The position numbers were made by a program, and so were the translations under genes. Positions 45,148-55,200 of a DNA stretch of 64,000 nt are shown here, one piece after another (positions within the stretch are counted from its first letter, which is position 1; each line of letters starts with the position of its first letter). This DNA is from a virus. The notes below the pieces were generated by a model, which did not search any database, was not told where the DNA came from, and saw nothing but the letters and a program-made list of their open reading frames with translations. The stretch covers positions 5,279-69,278 of IMG/VR virus record IMGVR_UViG_3300010413_000096; one strand, written 5' to 3'.

Positions 45148-46422
45148 ATGGACAAAAAGTACGTCGAACTGTTGACCGCAGACGAGGCCAAGATACGTGC
45201 CGACTTTGCCGAGCTATGGGAGGCCGCAGGGCAAGGAGCCATCACGCCCGACCAGGCGCATCGAACGTTGGACCTGCTGTACAAGCGGTCCATGCTGGAC
45301 ATCATCCACAAGTTGCCCGCCTACGTGGAACACTATCCCGCGAAGATGGGGTATCGCGGACGGCTCAAGCACGTGGACGCGCTGTGGTGGGTTGACCACG
45401 CGACCGCTGGCATCAACGGCTGGGGCACCCTCGGGTGGTTCTCCAACAAGCTGCGCACGCACACGAAGAAGTTCACCGACAAAGCAGAGGCGGAGCGTTA
45501 CGCCAAGAAGCGCAAGAGCAAGGTCGTGCAGAAGAGCGGGAAGTTCTACGTCTCGTGGCAAGGCTACGCCAACGCCATTACGCACTTCGTCGTGCTCCGC
45601 GACGGTACGCCGTTCATGATTCTGCCTATCGGTGACGGTTGCTGGGGCGAACCCAAACGCAACGGTGACGCCATCCAGGTCGAGATGGTGAATCCTCTCG
45701 TCGTCCGTCGTTCGGGCACCGGCTGGAACTTCTGGGCGGGCAAGATTCCCGACAGCATCGTGCAGTTGCAGCGCCCTGAAGAACTCGACCGCCGTTTCCG
45801 AGGTGCGTCGCACATGATGCCCTACCTCTGGGAACAAGTCATCACGAACATCAAGCTCAAGCGGCTCTGCGTCGCTGCGACCATGAAGCAGATGAAACCC
45901 GAGGACGTGGAGTTGACGCCTCGCATGGCCCTCGACCGCATGAGCCAGCACACCGACTGGCGCGAGAGCAAGTTCGACATGGGACCGCTCTGGCCCTTCG
46001 AGATGTGCAACAAGGCCGCGTTCGAAAACTACCCCATCGAGTCGTACAGCTTCTTCCAGGACTTCATCAAGGCGGGCGACATGGACCCGGTGGCGGACTA
46101 CGACGAGGTGAAAGCTCTCGCGAAACAAGCCGAAAGCGAAGAGGAAGAGCACGACGTCTGGGACGACGACGAGACCATCGACTCGACCAAAGAGGTACAG
46201 GAAGCGCTCGTGCGGCTCTACGGCCCCGAGGCGCTGCCACGCTACGGGGTCGATGGGTCGATGGGCAAAGAGACCACCCACGCTGTGCGGCACTTCCAGG
46301 AGGACTGGAACAAGAACCACAGCAACGACCGCATCAAAGAGGACGGAATCCCTGGCGTGGTAACCTGCGCCAAACTCGAGACTGCGCTTGAACTGGCGCA
46401 GTTCACTACCACCCCCTTCTAA
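45148..46422 (+). CDS. endolysin: N-acetylmuramoyl-L-alanine amidase-like domain plus peptidoglycan-binding domain
   Basis: VDHATAG, THFVVLRDG, AIQVEMVN, SQH..KFDMG; C-terminal VQEAL...GVDGSMGKETTHAVRHFQ...EDGIPG. Confidence 0.75.
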   Translation: MDKKYVELLTADEAKIRADFAELWEAAGQGAITPDQAHRTLDLLYKRSMLDIIHKLPAYVEHYPAKMGYRGRLKHVDALWWVDHATAGINGWGTLGWFSNKLRTHTKKFTDKAEAERYAKKRKSKVVQKSGKFYVSWQGYANAITHFVVLRDGTPFMILPIGDGCWGEPKRNGDAIQVEMVNPLVVRRSGTGWNFWAGKIPDSIVQLQRPEELDRRFRGASHMMPYLWEQVITNIKLKRLCVAATMKQMKPEDVELTPRMALDRMSQHTDWRESKFDMGPLWPFEMCNKAAFENYPIESYSFFQDFIKAGDMDPVADYDEVKALAKQAESEEEEHDVWDDDETIDSTKEVQEALVRLYGPEALPRYGVDGSMGKETTHAVRHFQEDWNKNHSNDRIKEDGIPGVVTCAKLETALELAQFTTTPF

Positions 46423-46437
46423 GAGGAGATACACAAC

Positions 46438-46863
46438 ATGAAAGTCACCATCACACTGAAGTGCGACCGCAGCGGGCGGACCGAGGATGTCCAAATCGAC
46501 AGCGGTGAAATCGAGCAGTATGAGCAGATGCAACAGAAGCGCGAGGCGACGCTCCAGAAGATTCAGGAGTTCCTCGCGTCCATCCCGCCCGAGGACATGC
46601 CCGACCTCATCGCAGTCTATCGCGGCGACTTCCGCCACTTCATCAACGTGAGCAAGGAGTACTGCGACAAGCCCGTGGCGCGGTTGCTCGACCAGCTCTT
46701 CCACGCCAGCGACCCCAAGGCGCGGGCCAAGAAGGCGAAGAGCAGCAAGAACAAGAACAAGGATGCCAAAGGCAACGGCGCAAAAACGGCGAAAGATGGG
46801 GTAAAAGACAAGGCTTCCGCCAAGTCTAGCCCCGACGCCAATCCGCCTGCGGCCACGAAGTAG
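46438..46863 (+). CDS. hypothetical protein with basic tail
   Basis: GAGGAG RBS, strong codon bias. Confidence 0.7.
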   Translation: MKVTITLKCDRSGRTEDVQIDSGEIEQYEQMQQKREATLQKIQEFLASIPPEDMPDLIAVYRGDFRHFINVSKEYCDKPVARLLDQLFHASDPKARAKKAKSSKNKNKDAKGNGAKTAKDGVKDKASAKSSPDANPPAATK

Positions 46864-46878
46864 CCCAAGGAGTTCGTC

Positions 46879-47064
46879 ATGTCCGAAGACCGGGAGTTCG
46901 AAAAGTACGGCGTCGAAGAAGTAGACGGCGGAGCGAAGACCGCGAGTGAGGGTACCGACCGCTTCTGTCCCTGGTGCGGCAAGAAGCTGGAGCGTATGGA
47001 CACCACGAACGTTCTGAAGTGTCCAGAGCACGGTACCGCGCCGTTCGAGGGCACTCGTGAGTAG
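46879..47064 (+). CDS. small Zn-ribbon protein
   Basis: AAGGAG RBS; CPWCG...CPEHG. Confidence 0.7.
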   Translation: MSEDREFEKYGVEEVDGGAKTASEGTDRFCPWCGKKLERMDTTNVLKCPEHGTAPFEGTRE

Positions 47065-47284
47065 CCGACGAGACAAAGTCACGCGCGAGATTCTCGAGCG
47101 CTACAAGCTGATTCGAGCCGTCCATACCTGCTACTACACGCAGCTAGACCGTGACATTCAGCAAGTAGCGCCCGAATTTTTCTTTCTTGTGAACGATATT
47201 CTCGAAGGCAAAGCCATCGATGAATCGCGTCTACGACATATCGACATGCGCCGTGTCGAAGAATTCCTGAAGGAGGACAAATGA
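47057..47284 (+). CDS. hypothetical protein
   Basis: 75 aa, overlaps neighbours in operon fashion. Confidence 0.6.
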   Translation: MSSRRDKVTREILERYKLIRAVHTCYYTQLDRDIQQVAPEFFFLVNDILEGKAIDESRLRHIDMRRVEEFLKEDK

Positions 47285-47673
47285 CAACTCGTTTGGACCA
47301 GGCGCTGGATGTACTCCATGCGTTTTCGTCGTCCGTCGCCAAAGCGACGCGACGGCGGCGACGTATACGGCGGGAGCACATCGAAACAGCCGTGAACGCC
47401 GTGTCGGCTCTAGCCTCTGCTGTGGCTGTGGTCGTGCCCCAGGCACGTCCGGCTGCGATGGCGATGGGTTCGTTGCAGAAAGCGGCCCCGTCTATCATCA
47501 GGGAACGCGAGCAACCCCAGTTGCACATCCCGCGTCCCGAGCTGGACCTGCTGGCTCGTTTGCAGTCGCTCGAAGCGCAGATTCCAACCACGACCGGTGA
47601 GCATCGCCTGCGCCTTGAAGCGCAGCGTGACATGCTGCTGAAACTCGTGGAGGACCACGAACAGTACAGATGA
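47281..47673 (+). CDS. hypothetical protein
   Basis: AGGAGG RBS; ATGA coupling at both ends. Confidence 0.6.
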   Translation: MTTRLDQALDVLHAFSSSVAKATRRRRRIRREHIETAVNAVSALASAVAVVVPQARPAAMAMGSLQKAAPSIIREREQPQLHIPRPELDLLARLQSLEAQIPTTTGEHRLRLEAQRDMLLKLVEDHEQYR

Positions 47674-48311
47674 TTCTCACGGGACCTGAAATCCTTCGCC
47701 AACGGGCCGAAGGGCGCATCGCTATTGAGCCCTTCGACCCGAGGCTGATAAACCCCAACAGCTACAACCTGCGGTTGGCAGACACCCTACGGGTTTATCT
47801 GCCCCGAGGCGAGACCGAACTGAATGCCTGGATTCCGCACACGCAGTTCCCTGCGGCGAAGTTGGATTGTCGTGCCGACAATCCGACCTGGGCGTTCAAG
47901 ATTCCGGAAGGAGGAATGACGCTTTACCCAGGTAAACTTTACCTGGGAGCGACCGTAGAGCGCACCGCATCGGACCACTTCGTACCGATGCTCGAAGGGC
48001 GTAGTTCGTTGGCACGCCTCGGCATTTCTGTGCACCAAACCGGTGGGTTCGGTGACATGGGCTTTGCCGGAAACTGGACGCTCGAGATTACTTGCGTAGA
48101 GCCTGTGGTCATCTACGCAGGTATAGAGGTGTGTCAGGTGCAGTTTTGGACTGCGCAAGGAGCGCAGATGCTTTATGGTCGTCTAAAGCACAAACCCAGC
48201 AAGTACTATGAGCAAGTAGAACCCACACCAAGCAAACTATTCACAGAGACAGGAGACACCGATGAACGAGACCGAGCTGACGGTCAAGAAGACCGAAGCG
48301 CCTCCGACTGA
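47670..48311 (+). CDS. dcd: dCTP deaminase
   Basis: INPNSYNLRL, EGRSSLARLG, GFGDMGFAGNWTLEI, ICQ-like VCQ motif. Confidence 0.92.
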   Translation: MILTGPEILRQRAEGRIAIEPFDPRLINPNSYNLRLADTLRVYLPRGETELNAWIPHTQFPAAKLDCRADNPTWAFKIPEGGMTLYPGKLYLGATVERTASDHFVPMLEGRSSLARLGISVHQTGGFGDMGFAGNWTLEITCVEPVVIYAGIEVCQVQFWTAQGAQMLYGRLKHKPSKYYEQVEPTPSKLFTETGDTDERDRADGQEDRSASD

Positions 48312-49395
48312 CGGAGCGGGTGGCAGCGTCGCCCCCGCGACCACGTCGGAGACGAAGAAGGCAGAACCGAAGAAGGCGGAAGCCAAGCCGGATTCCAAGA
48401 ACGGAACCAAGGCCGCCGCCAAGCCCGCGCCGAAGCCGAAGAAGCCCAAGGCGAAGGCCAAGCCCGACGACGAGAACGCGGAGGTGACCTATCTGGCCCT
48501 CAGCGAAATCATCGTCGAGAAGGGCCGGAACCCGCGTCAGTACTACGACCGCGAGGCGCTGAAGAAGCTGTCCATCAGCCTCAAGCACATGGGCATGCTT
48601 CAGCCCATGGTGGTGCGCACCAAGCCGGACGACAAGAAGTACTACCTCGTCGCGGGCGAGCGGCGTTACCGCGCGGCCAAGCTCATCAAGATGAAGACGG
48701 TTCCGTGCGTCATCCGTGAGCTGATGTCGGACGCGCAGGTCGCCTACGCCCAGCACGCCGAGAACGCGCACCGCGAAGACCTCAACCCCATCGAGTACGC
48801 GCAGAGCATCGCGAACTTCATCGGGCAAGAGGTCGAGATGACCAACAAGAAGACCGGCCAGAGCCAGGTTGTCACGGTCAACGCCAAGATTGCGTCGGAG
48901 GTCTACAGCCTCTCGCAAGGCGCGGTGAGCCAGTACCTCGCGCTGCTCAAGCTCCCCCAGCCCATCCAGGAAGCTGTTCGCGATGGGAAGGTGAGCTTCG
49001 CCCAGGCGCGCATCATCTGCGGTGCCAAGGAGCACGACGACCAGATGGCTCTCTTCAAGGAGGTCATGTCGGGCGAAGCCAAGCGTGCGTCTGACGTGAA
49101 AGAAGCCGCCGAGAAGAAGCGCGCCAAACGGAGCGCCAAGGGCGAGGGCAAGAAAAAGCGGGGGCGTCCGGCGCAGACGGACGACGACATGCCCAGCGTT
49201 CGGCAGAACCTGGACACGGCGCTGGAGCGGCTGCGTACGGTCAAAATCGCGTCGCGCACCAAACCGGAGCTGCGCGAGAGCCTGGCCGTGAGCTACGAGC
49301 GCCATGAGCGCGCCAAGAGCGACGAGAAGAAGCAGTACTACAAGGGGTTCATCGCAGCCCTGGAGTGGACTGCGGGCTTCCGGGACAAGCTCTAG
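48262..49395 (+). CDS. parB: ParB/Spo0J-family partition protein
   Basis: NPRQ, GMLQPMVVR, LVAGERRYRAA, ENAHREDLNPIE, HTH region VSQYLALLKLP. Confidence 0.88.
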   Translation: MNETELTVKKTEAPPTDGAGGSVAPATTSETKKAEPKKAEAKPDSKNGTKAAAKPAPKPKKPKAKAKPDDENAEVTYLALSEIIVEKGRNPRQYYDREALKKLSISLKHMGMLQPMVVRTKPDDKKYYLVAGERRYRAAKLIKMKTVPCVIRELMSDAQVAYAQHAENAHREDLNPIEYAQSIANFIGQEVEMTNKKTGQSQVVTVNAKIASEVYSLSQGAVSQYLALLKLPQPIQEAVRDGKVSFAQARIICGAKEHDDQMALFKEVMSGEAKRASDVKEAAEKKRAKRSAKGEGKKKRGRPAQTDDDMPSVRQNLDTALERLRTVKIASRTKPELRESLAVSYERHERAKSDEKKQYYKGFIAALEWTAGFRDKL

Positions 49396-50267
49396 TTCCA
49401 GTACACGTCGTTTGCGCTGGTGATGCGTCGCTGGCGCAACCTGCACCGCAACTCTGTCAACGCATCTTCCTTGATTTGCCGGACACGCTCCGGACAGACA
49501 CCGAGCTTCTCGGCTATCTCCCGGAGCGTCTTTCGGTCTTCACGCAGACCGTAGTACGCGATGACGACGTACGCGTGACGGTCTTTCAGTGCGTGGAGAA
49601 GGTCCTGCAAGAGACGCCGTGCGTGTCGTTCTGCGTAGTGACCTTCGGTGTCGCTCTCTTCGTTGATGCAGTCGTTGACCAGTTGATGCGTCGAGGAGTG
49701 AGGCGGCATAGACATCGCCTCTTCGTAGGAGATGTAGGTGAACCCAGCGTTCTCCCCCGCCTGACGGGCTCGGTGATGTTCCTTCTGTTTGTAGGGAGGG
49801 ATGTGAACTGGAGAGGCATCGTAGAGCGTTGTGCGAATCGCTTCGGTTATCCACCACGCGGCATAGGTTAGGAAACGCGTGGTGTACCTTTGCGCGTCCG
49901 TGTGCCGCAAAGCGCGATTGCACTCTTGGCAGCGCTGATGCTTCGGTCGAGCGACATAGTTGTTCCTGCCGCATCGAGGACACCGAATCATCCAAGGGCG
50001 GTAACGGTCGACGGCGACCATGAGGCCCACGTTCCCTGCTGCGATGAGATTGTGCAGGAACTCGGTGTCTCCGCGATAGTACTGACGCGCGGTTTTGATA
50101 ACGAATCGAAGCCCGCCCTCGACGAGAAGTCGACGAGCTTCTGGGTCTCCTTGTTCATGGTAGCGTTCGAAGAGCGCACGCTCTTCGCTCGCGTCCGCAG
50201 GCATCCTGGCACGACTTACTTCTACAAAGTAGCGTGTGTGCGACCTGTCATCGGCATACACGTTCAT
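49392..50267 (-). CDS. sigma70-family (RpoD/RpoS-like) sigma factor with Zn-ribbon insertion
   Basis: LRFVIKTARQY, LIAAGNVGLMVAVDRY, RFLTYAAWWI, TLREIAEKLGVCPERVRQI; start MNVY with GGAGG RBS. Confidence 0.88.
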   Translation of the reverse strand: MNVYADDRSHTRYFVEVSRARMPADASEERALFERYHEQGDPEARRLLVEGGLRFVIKTARQYYRGDTEFLHNLIAAGNVGLMVAVDRYRPWMIRCPRCGRNNYVARPKHQRCQECNRALRHTDAQRYTTRFLTYAAWWITEAIRTTLYDASPVHIPPYKQKEHHRARQAGENAGFTYISYEEAMSMPPHSSTHQLVNDCINEESDTEGHYAERHARRLLQDLLHALKDRHAYVVIAYYGLREDRKTLREIAEKLGVCPERVRQIKEDALTELRCRLRQRRITSANDVYWN

Positions 50268-50364
50268 TTTTCCTCCGTTATGGGGCCGTAGTATATCAAT
50301 TAAGGTAAACTTTGGCAAACTTGTGGTTATTTGATGTTTTCTAAATAATCACGCATCTGTACCC

Positions 50365-50394
50365 TTGACTTCCCTTCGGGACCGGGTGTACTGT
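50365..50394 (+). promoter_or_regulatory. sigma70-like promoter for the replication operon
   Basis: TTGACT-18 bp-TACTGT with an AT-rich upstream tract. Confidence 0.5.
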
Positions 50395-50428
50395 CGGCCT
50401 TCATGACTCAAACAAACAGGAGAATGAC

Positions 50429-51379
50429 ATGACAAAGAAGCAGGAAGGGGCAAGCCAAGGCTCCTCCAACGAAGAGCAGACCCCGACGAACGGAAAGAAC
50501 CTCCCCGCCACGCAGGACGACTATCACAAGATTTTCGTCCCCGCCCGCGACAAGATGGTCAAGAGCCTTACCACGCTCGCGGACAGCACCACGGACGCCG
50601 AAGCCAAGAAGCTCATCTCGAGCCTGGCGAAGTCCGCCAACCCGAAGAAGAAGGGTCGGGAGGAGATGGAGTCGCGGTGGATTATCCCCACCGTGCGCAT
50701 CGTCCACGGGGTCACCAAAGAGAAGCCGGATGGAGCCGAGCCCGGCGACCTCTACACCACGAGCGGCTTCATCCTTCAGCAGCCGTTCAAAGTCACCCCG
50801 CTCTACATCTACGAGCAGAACCGGATGTTCCCGGACGGCGGTGGCAAGGCTCCGGTGTGCTTCGCGCCCGACGCCAAGTACGGTAGGCCCTTCGGCAAGT
50901 GTTCGGAGTGTGCCAACTACCCGATGACCAAGAACGCGACGCGCACGCCCACGGACTGCGACAATGGCATCTGCTTCATCGTCCTCTCGCAGGACATGAA
51001 GCTCTACCGGCTCGAGTTCTTCAAGACCTCCAACAAGGCGGGTCTCAAACTCGACCAGCTCGCGTCCGCGACCGACAACATCTGGGACCGCTGGTTCAGC
51101 ATCAAGACCCAGCTCCAGTCCAGCAGCGGCAACGAGTGGCACATCTTCCGCGTCTCCGCCGCGAACGAGGAGACCCCGGAGTACGTGCGCGACGCTGCCG
51201 ACATTCTCTACGACCTGATTCACGCCGAACGGACGGTCTACCTCAACCAGCACTACGCGATGGCTGAGGCGGGCGACCAAGCGGCGGCGTCGGTCAAGGA
51301 GAACGTCGACATGGACAGCCTGGGCCTGGGTGATGACGACGGCGGTGACAACCCGGACCTGTCCGACGGCGGCATCTAA
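50429..51379 (+). CDS. putative single-stranded DNA-binding/annealing protein
   Basis: strong codon bias, AGGAG RBS, Cys cluster C..DA..G...C..C...C, acidic C-terminal tail, upstream of nuclease-primase-polymerase genes. Confidence 0.55.
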   Translation: MTKKQEGASQGSSNEEQTPTNGKNLPATQDDYHKIFVPARDKMVKSLTTLADSTTDAEAKKLISSLAKSANPKKKGREEMESRWIIPTVRIVHGVTKEKPDGAEPGDLYTTSGFILQQPFKVTPLYIYEQNRMFPDGGGKAPVCFAPDAKYGRPFGKCSECANYPMTKNATRTPTDCDNGICFIVLSQDMKLYRLEFFKTSNKAGLKLDQLASATDNIWDRWFSIKTQLQSSSGNEWHIFRVSAANEETPEYVRDAADILYDLIHAERTVYLNQHYAMAEAGDQAAASVKENVDMDSLGLGDDDGGDNPDLSDGGI

Positions 51380-51407
51380 CAGTCTGTAACGGTGGTACGT
51401 GTCACCA

Positions 51408-51447
51408 GGCCGCACCGTCTCTCCGCAGTCATTGAGGCGGTGCGGCC
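51408..51447 (+). other. 14-bp intergenic stem-loop
   Basis: GGCCGCACCGTCTC pairs with GAGGCGGTGCGGCC (one G-U); no U tract, so stabiliser or processing site rather than terminator. Confidence 0.6.
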
Positions 51448-51479
51448 ATGTACGTAAACGCAGACGTTAGGAGGTCTCC

Positions 51480-52265
51480 GTGGACTTTTCAGAAGCTGTA
51501 CTAGAGTTTGCGCCATGGTCGTACTCCATGGCCAACAAGGCACACACGTGTCCTTTTGCATTTCATCAGAAGTATGTAGCTAAAGAGAAGGCCAAGGAAG
51601 CTCCTCGCATCGACAACCAGGTGGGCACGGCCGTGCACACCATCCTGGAGTTGTGTGTTCGTGGAGCAACCATCGATGCCGCCTACCAGAAGGTGGTATC
51701 CGATGGGTTGCTCTATGAAGTGGAAATCTCCATCCACAACTTTCGTGTGGCCATTGAAGAGTTCCTGGCGGGATTGGAGCGCTTCAAGACCAAGTTCAAG
51801 GTGGTCAAGGTCTACCCGGAAAAGAAGCTTGGACTGACCAAGGACTTCACTGCTACCGACTACTGGAACAAAAAAGATGACTGCCTAATTCGGGGCGCCA
51901 TCGATTTAACCCTTCTCACGGGTTTCAAGCAAGCAGCCATCATCGACCACAAAAGTGGAGCCAAGAAGGAGCTGAGCACGTATGACCACCAGGTAGGGGT
52001 CTACAGCCTGCTCGTCGACGCCTACGTTGACAATCTCCGTGCTGTTCGCACGGGCATCCACTACGTTGGTGCAAGCAAAAACCGCAACGGAACGCGGACC
52101 GAATGGGCACCTGAGTACCCGATTGAAACGGTTCGAACGCGGTTTCGTGAGGATGTCACGCAGTGGCTGAACGAGGCCGCTGAGCATGCGCAAACGACTG
52201 TAGCGAAGGAGAGCTGGATGTGTGGGTTCTGTGGTTATCAGCACCTATGCCCGTTGAGAAAATGA
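51480..52265 (+). CDS. PD-(D/E)XK nuclease (RecB/Cas4-like)
   Basis: WSYS...CP, GTAVH, RGAIDL, IIDHKSG, QVGVY, CGFCGYQHLC. Confidence 0.85.
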   Translation: MDFSEAVLEFAPWSYSMANKAHTCPFAFHQKYVAKEKAKEAPRIDNQVGTAVHTILELCVRGATIDAAYQKVVSDGLLYEVEISIHNFRVAIEEFLAGLERFKTKFKVVKVYPEKKLGLTKDFTATDYWNKKDDCLIRGAIDLTLLTGFKQAAIIDHKSGAKKELSTYDHQVGVYSLLVDAYVDNLRAVRTGIHYVGASKNRNGTRTEWAPEYPIETVRTRFREDVTQWLNEAAEHAQTTVAKESWMCGFCGYQHLCPLRK

Positions 52266-52284
52266 CAAGGAAAGTGAAAGTAGC

Positions 52285-55200
52285 ATGCCTGGGAAGAAAG
52301 GTAGGAAGTCCAATAAGTCCAAAACTGACACAGCAGCGATAAAACAAATCTGGGGGCAAATCGACGTGGCCGACTGGCTCAACGTCGTACGACAGGCCCA
52401 CCCGAACAATCGCTGGACCTACAGTCGTCAGACCATCAAGGGGCAGTGTCCTTTTCATCAGGACAGAACGCCCTCGTTCGTCATCGACCTCCAGAAGAGA
52501 TACGCCAAGTGCTACAGCAGCGCGTGTGGCAAGTTCTTCTGGGACCCGGTGCGCTTCTACATGGCGATGCAGGGTGGTGGGATGCACTACCACAAAGCCC
52601 TGATGGACATGAAGAACCGCTTCGGCATCCAGATGTCGCAGGTGGTCATAGGTGAAATCGGCAAGCGTCAGAAGCATCGCGAAATGAAGAAGCTCCTCTT
52701 CGAAGTGATGCGCGGCGAGCTGATTGATTGCTACTCCCAACGGAACTCCAAGACGCCAGACCAAGACCTTTTTTACGCTCAAGACGCCTTGGCGTATCTC
52801 GACAGTCGTGGCATCCCTCCGGTCTACCACCTGTTGCCCATCGGTGTGTTCCCACCACAGCTCCGTCTCGAAAACCTCATCAAGCAGAAGCTGCCGTTTC
52901 TCGGCAAGCACATGAGCAAGGTGTGGGACGACATCAAAGAATACCTCGACCTTCAGAATCGCAGCATCGATTGGGAAGGCTCACTGGTGTTTTTCACGGG
53001 TAGCTCACCCCAGGACATCGCGCGGCTCAAGCTACGCCAGGTGCCGCCACCTCAGCAGAGCAATTTCGCTCATGTCACCGATGAGAAGAAGATGTGCTTT
53101 ATCCCGGACGAGTACGAACACTCGAACGGCATCTACGGTCTCTTCGGAACACCGCTATACCAGCCCTACCTCGCACGTGACGACGTGCGCTCGTTCTACT
53201 ACATGGAAGGCGAGTTCGACGCGCTGTGCATCATCGCCCAGCAGTGCCATACCAGCGATGTCGGCTTCTTTGCGTTCTCAGGAGGCGGCGGGTCGGCCCA
53301 GGGGCTCGACTCTATGGCGCACTTCGGCTTCGACACGGCCTACGTCGTCGGCGACCACGACAAGGCGGGTAAGGGATTCGTTCAGCGCGTGTTGGAGAGC
53401 ACCCAGAAAATCGCGACGCGTGCCTTCGAATGGCCGCGCGTGCTTCTGGACGATGGCAACGGGGGCGTCAAACCGACTACCGACCCTGCGGAAGCGATAC
53501 AGACCCTCGGCTACGACGTGGTCAACGCTGAGTTCCGCAAGGAGCAGAACTTCATCAAGCCGTACCAGTGGGCCGCCAACCAGGCCATCGCTGAAATGAA
53601 CGGCATCGACAAGGATGACATCCGTCATCTGACATCGGTGGCTGCCAACTGGGGCAAGTTCGTCACGGACGCCGCTGAACAGCACGCCTATGTGAAGGAG
53701 GTCGCTGACCAGTTTGATATCAGCAGCGGCCAGGTGCTCACGGAAATCAAAGCGGGCGAAGAGAACGAGGAGGCGTTCATTGAACGCATTCGCGACTACC
53801 TCGCGAATCGGCTACACATCCTACAGCGGTTTCGCCAATCGGGGTCACACATCATCCGCGTCTACGATTCGGTGAGCAAAGAGATTTACGAACTGCCCAT
53901 CGAAGAGAAGATGAAAATCACGTCGGCTATCGGCGCGATGACCGGAAAAGACTTGCTCCAGTTCATCCGCGAAGACGTGGGTGAACCCGCGTTTCTCGAA
54001 GTCGATGAAGACTCGGACAAGCAGGTCTACATCACGCTGGCCAACAAGTGCGCGGAGTATGTGAAGGCCGCCGTGACGCGCTTGGCAGGCACCTCGGTGA
54101 GCGATTCGCTCATTCGTCAACTAGGCGCGGGGCTGCACTGCATTTCTCCGAACGTGGATAATCCCGACGAGACTTTCAGACTTTACCACGTAAATGGCCT
54201 CCGCATGCTGCGTGGAGACTTCGATTCAAGCGGCAAGCTGGTGTGGAAAGACCTCTCGGGACCATCGGACTCGTCCGTGGTCGTGTTTTCTGAGGGTGAC
54301 CTCTATCCGCGCGTCTTCATGCCACACATCCGCAACGCTGCTGACCTCAACAAAGAACCCGAGTTCACCGCCGAGGAGCTATTCGACCTCATCAACTCGA
54401 TGCTCGATGTCGGCTGGGACTTCAAGAACCACAAGGTGACCTGTGAGCTGCTCACTGCGTTTTGCATGAGCCTGCCCATCGCCAACTGCGTTGGTCGTCA
54501 GCCTTTGTTCATGGTCACGTCTGAGCAGTCCAGCGGTAAGTCGAGCCTCATCGGTGGCTTCATTGGACGCTCCAACCTTCCACGTATCAACATCGTGCAA
54601 TCAAGCGTCTACACGGACAACTACACCGTCGCGGGCATCCGGCAGCTCATGAATCGCAGCAGTCTATGCCTGTGCCTTGACGAGTTCGAGGACAAAGGTG
54701 GCAACGACCGGCGCAGTTCCATCACCAAAGGTATCCTTCAGCTCTTCCGAGGCCACTCCAATGAGGAAGGGCTGACGGTCATCGGGTCAACCACAGGACA
54801 GCATCGGTCCTTCTACTTCCACAGTCCCGCTATCGTAGCCGGTATCCGTGGGCTTCAAGAAGCGGCTGACATCAGCCGTTTCATCAAAATCGAGATGGAC
54901 AAGAAGGGTGAACGTGAGTCACCCGAAACATTGCTGACACGTGAGTTCGGTGAAGACCTCATACGCAAGGTGCGCTTGAACCTGCCGCTCGTGATGTACC
55001 GCAAGGCGAAGGAGTTCTACGCGGCCTACGACCGCATCGACAAGGAGTACCAGGACGGCGGTGGTTTGGAGTTCGGCCGCATCACACGTAGCCGCGAGCA
55101 CTTCTACAGCTCGATGGCCATCATGGCGGTATGCAACAAGGACTACCATCGGTTCATTCGTACCTACTTCCGTCAGCACCGCCTCGACCTCGAACGCATC

